A stretch of DNA of 63,968 bases, from NCBI GenBank assembly GCA_963845515.1, contig CAWJSR010000011.1, positions 1 to 63,968 on the forward strand, in the 5' to 3' direction. Source of the stretch: an uncultured delta proteobacterium. GTDB taxonomy: Bacteria; Myxococcota; Myxococcia; Myxococcales; Anaeromyxobacteraceae. Within the stretch, counting starts at the first letter, position 1. Every line of letters begins with the position of its first letter. A model generated the notes under the pieces. It did not search any database. It saw nothing but the letters and a program-made list of their open reading frames with translations, and was not told the origin of the DNA. The position numbers and the translations under genes are program-made. Below, piece after piece: positions 62,755 to 63,968 of this stretch.

Positions 62755-63543
62755 TTGCCGCCCGCCCTCCTGGACCATCCGCTCCTCAACGGACGCTACT
62801 TCTTCCCGCGCAGCGCGCGCTTCCCGCAGCCGACCTGGGTGGACGCCGGCGACGTGCAGCTCGGCTGCGCCTTCAACCAGGTGGACGGCGCCGACCTGAC
62901 GGTCGTCCACTTCCACGGGAACGGCGAGGTGGTGCGCGACTGGCTGGAGGAGGGCTTGCCGCAGCGGTTCGCGGCGCTCGGCTGCAGCCTGCTCCTCGCC
63001 GAGTACCGCGGCTACGGCATGTCGACGGGCGAGCCTGCGCTCGGCCGGATGCTGGACGACGTGGAGAAGGTGATCGGCGCCGCCGACCTGCCGCCGGAGC
63101 GGCTGGTCCTCTTCGGCCGCTCGGTCGGCTCGATCTTCGCGATCCACGCGCTGTCGCGCTTCCCGGGCGTCGCCGGGGTGATCCTGGAGTCGGCCATCGC
63201 CGACCCGCTGGAGCGGATCCTCCTGCGGATCGAGCCGGCCGAGGTGGACATGACGCCAGGCGCCTTCGCGGACGAGATCAACGCGAGGCTCGACCACCGC
63301 AAGAAGATGGCCGGCTACCGGGGCCCGGCGCTCATGCTGCACGCGCGCTTCGACGACCTGGTCCCGGCCACGCACGCAGAACGGCTCGCCGAGTGGGCCG
63401 GCGGCGAGGCGACCCTCCGCGTCTTCGAGCGCGGCGACCACAACACGATCATGGCCGAGAACGACGCTGAGTACTTCGGTGAGATCGGAAGGTTCCTGGG
63501 GAAGGTGCGCGGGCGCTTGGCCGCCGGATCTCACGAGGGCTAG
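62755..63543 (+). CDS. Alpha/beta hydrolase (ABHD13/17-like)
   Basis: HFHGNGE, EYRGYG, nucleophile GRSVG, DDLV, GDHN. Confidence 0.9.
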   Translation: MPPALLDHPLLNGRYFFPRSARFPQPTWVDAGDVQLGCAFNQVDGADLTVVHFHGNGEVVRDWLEEGLPQRFAALGCSLLLAEYRGYGMSTGEPALGRMLDDVEKVIGAADLPPERLVLFGRSVGSIFAIHALSRFPGVAGVILESAIADPLERILLRIEPAEVDMTPGAFADEINARLDHRKKMAGYRGPALMLHARFDDLVPATHAERLAEWAGGEATLRVFERGDHNTIMAENDAEYFGEIGRFLGKVRGRLAAGSHEG

Positions 63544-63552
63544 ACTCGACTC

Positions 63553-63682
63553 GTGAAGCTCCTGCTGGCCGAGGACGACCGGATCGTCCGGATCACCGTC
63601 CGCGATGCACTCGTGGACGCGGGCTACTCGGTCACCGAGTGCTCGGACGGGGCCGCCGCCATCGCGGCGCTCGACCGCGAGG
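63553..63682 (+). CDS. 5' fragment of a response regulator, broken at a sequence junction
   Basis: MKLLLAEDDRIVRITVRDALVDAGYSVTECSDGAAAIAALDRE is cut just before the phospho-Asp strand. Confidence 0.75.
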
Positions 63683-63968
63683 TGGACCATTCGTTACGAA
63701 GGAATGGTTTCAAAAATTCCGGGACTGAACAAATACATCCGTTCGCTCAATTTTATGCATGCTTACCGTTCAACCTATAATGTTGGCTCATTTATTACCA
63801 ACCTGAAATATCAGCAGGAAGCCGACGGATTCACTTATATGCGCGATATTGCCAATAATTTTATTTCGCCATACGATTTTAATTCAGTAAGTATCATGGA
63901 ATCATTTAGTCCGCTGATTAACATGGACATTATGTGGATGAGCGATTTTACAACCCGCGGGGAAATCA
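63683..63968 (+). CDS. sprA: Internal fragment of a Bacteroidota SprA/Sov-like T9SS translocon gene (foreign, AT-rich)
   Basis: Stop-free frame WTIRYEGMVSKIPGLNKYIRSLNFMHAYRSTYNVGSFITNL..NFISPYDFNSVSIMESFSPLINMD resembles the SprA C-terminal barrel region (recognised from memory); composition differs sharply from the rest of the window. Confidence 0.7.

Noticed and set aside
61834..63543. 569-aa BACON-hydrolase fusion
   Set aside because: The linker is off-frame junk; the BACON gene ends at 62746 in another frame and the hydrolase starts separately.
63553..63780. 75-aa complete response regulator
   Set aside because: The C-terminal half is off-frame read-through into foreign sequence.

Overview
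A very GC-rich bacterial segment. Gene content and protein style point to an Anaeromyxobacter-like Myxococcota; this is inference. Housekeeping and metabolic blocks: gltBD, a ResB/CcsA cytochrome c biogenesis pair, aat-clpS-clpA, hrpB, an acyl-CoA dehydrogenase/FixCX/EtfBA operon, modABC and ferritin. Less ordinary loci: (i) a tightly coupled six-gene envelope operon (29185-33350) encoding a small two-helix membrane protein, a LolA-like protein, a signal-peptide-bearing YidD paralogue, two paralogous TPR-like/membrane-anchor proteins and a beta-barrel, which is my best candidate for an undescribed system; (ii) a yfaP/T/A/S/Q-type alpha-2-macroglobulin operon whose A2M keeps the thioester motif CLEQ and whose YfaQ-like gene combines HExxH, SxxK/SxN/KTG and SpoIID motifs; (iii) a sigma54 activator with degenerate GAFTGA and Walker B motifs; (iv) an ECF sigma factor fused to a ZAS zinc finger; (v) a family of REP-like palindromes, one inserted in frame in hrpB. 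About 8 genes near the two ends carry apparent single-base frameshifts, probably sequencing errors. The last ~286 bp switch abruptly to AT-rich DNA that reads as an internal fragment of Bacteroidota SprA, most likely a chimeric join. I saw no rRNA, tRNA, CRISPR array or intact transposase. All assignments come from motif recognition by eye; no searches were run.
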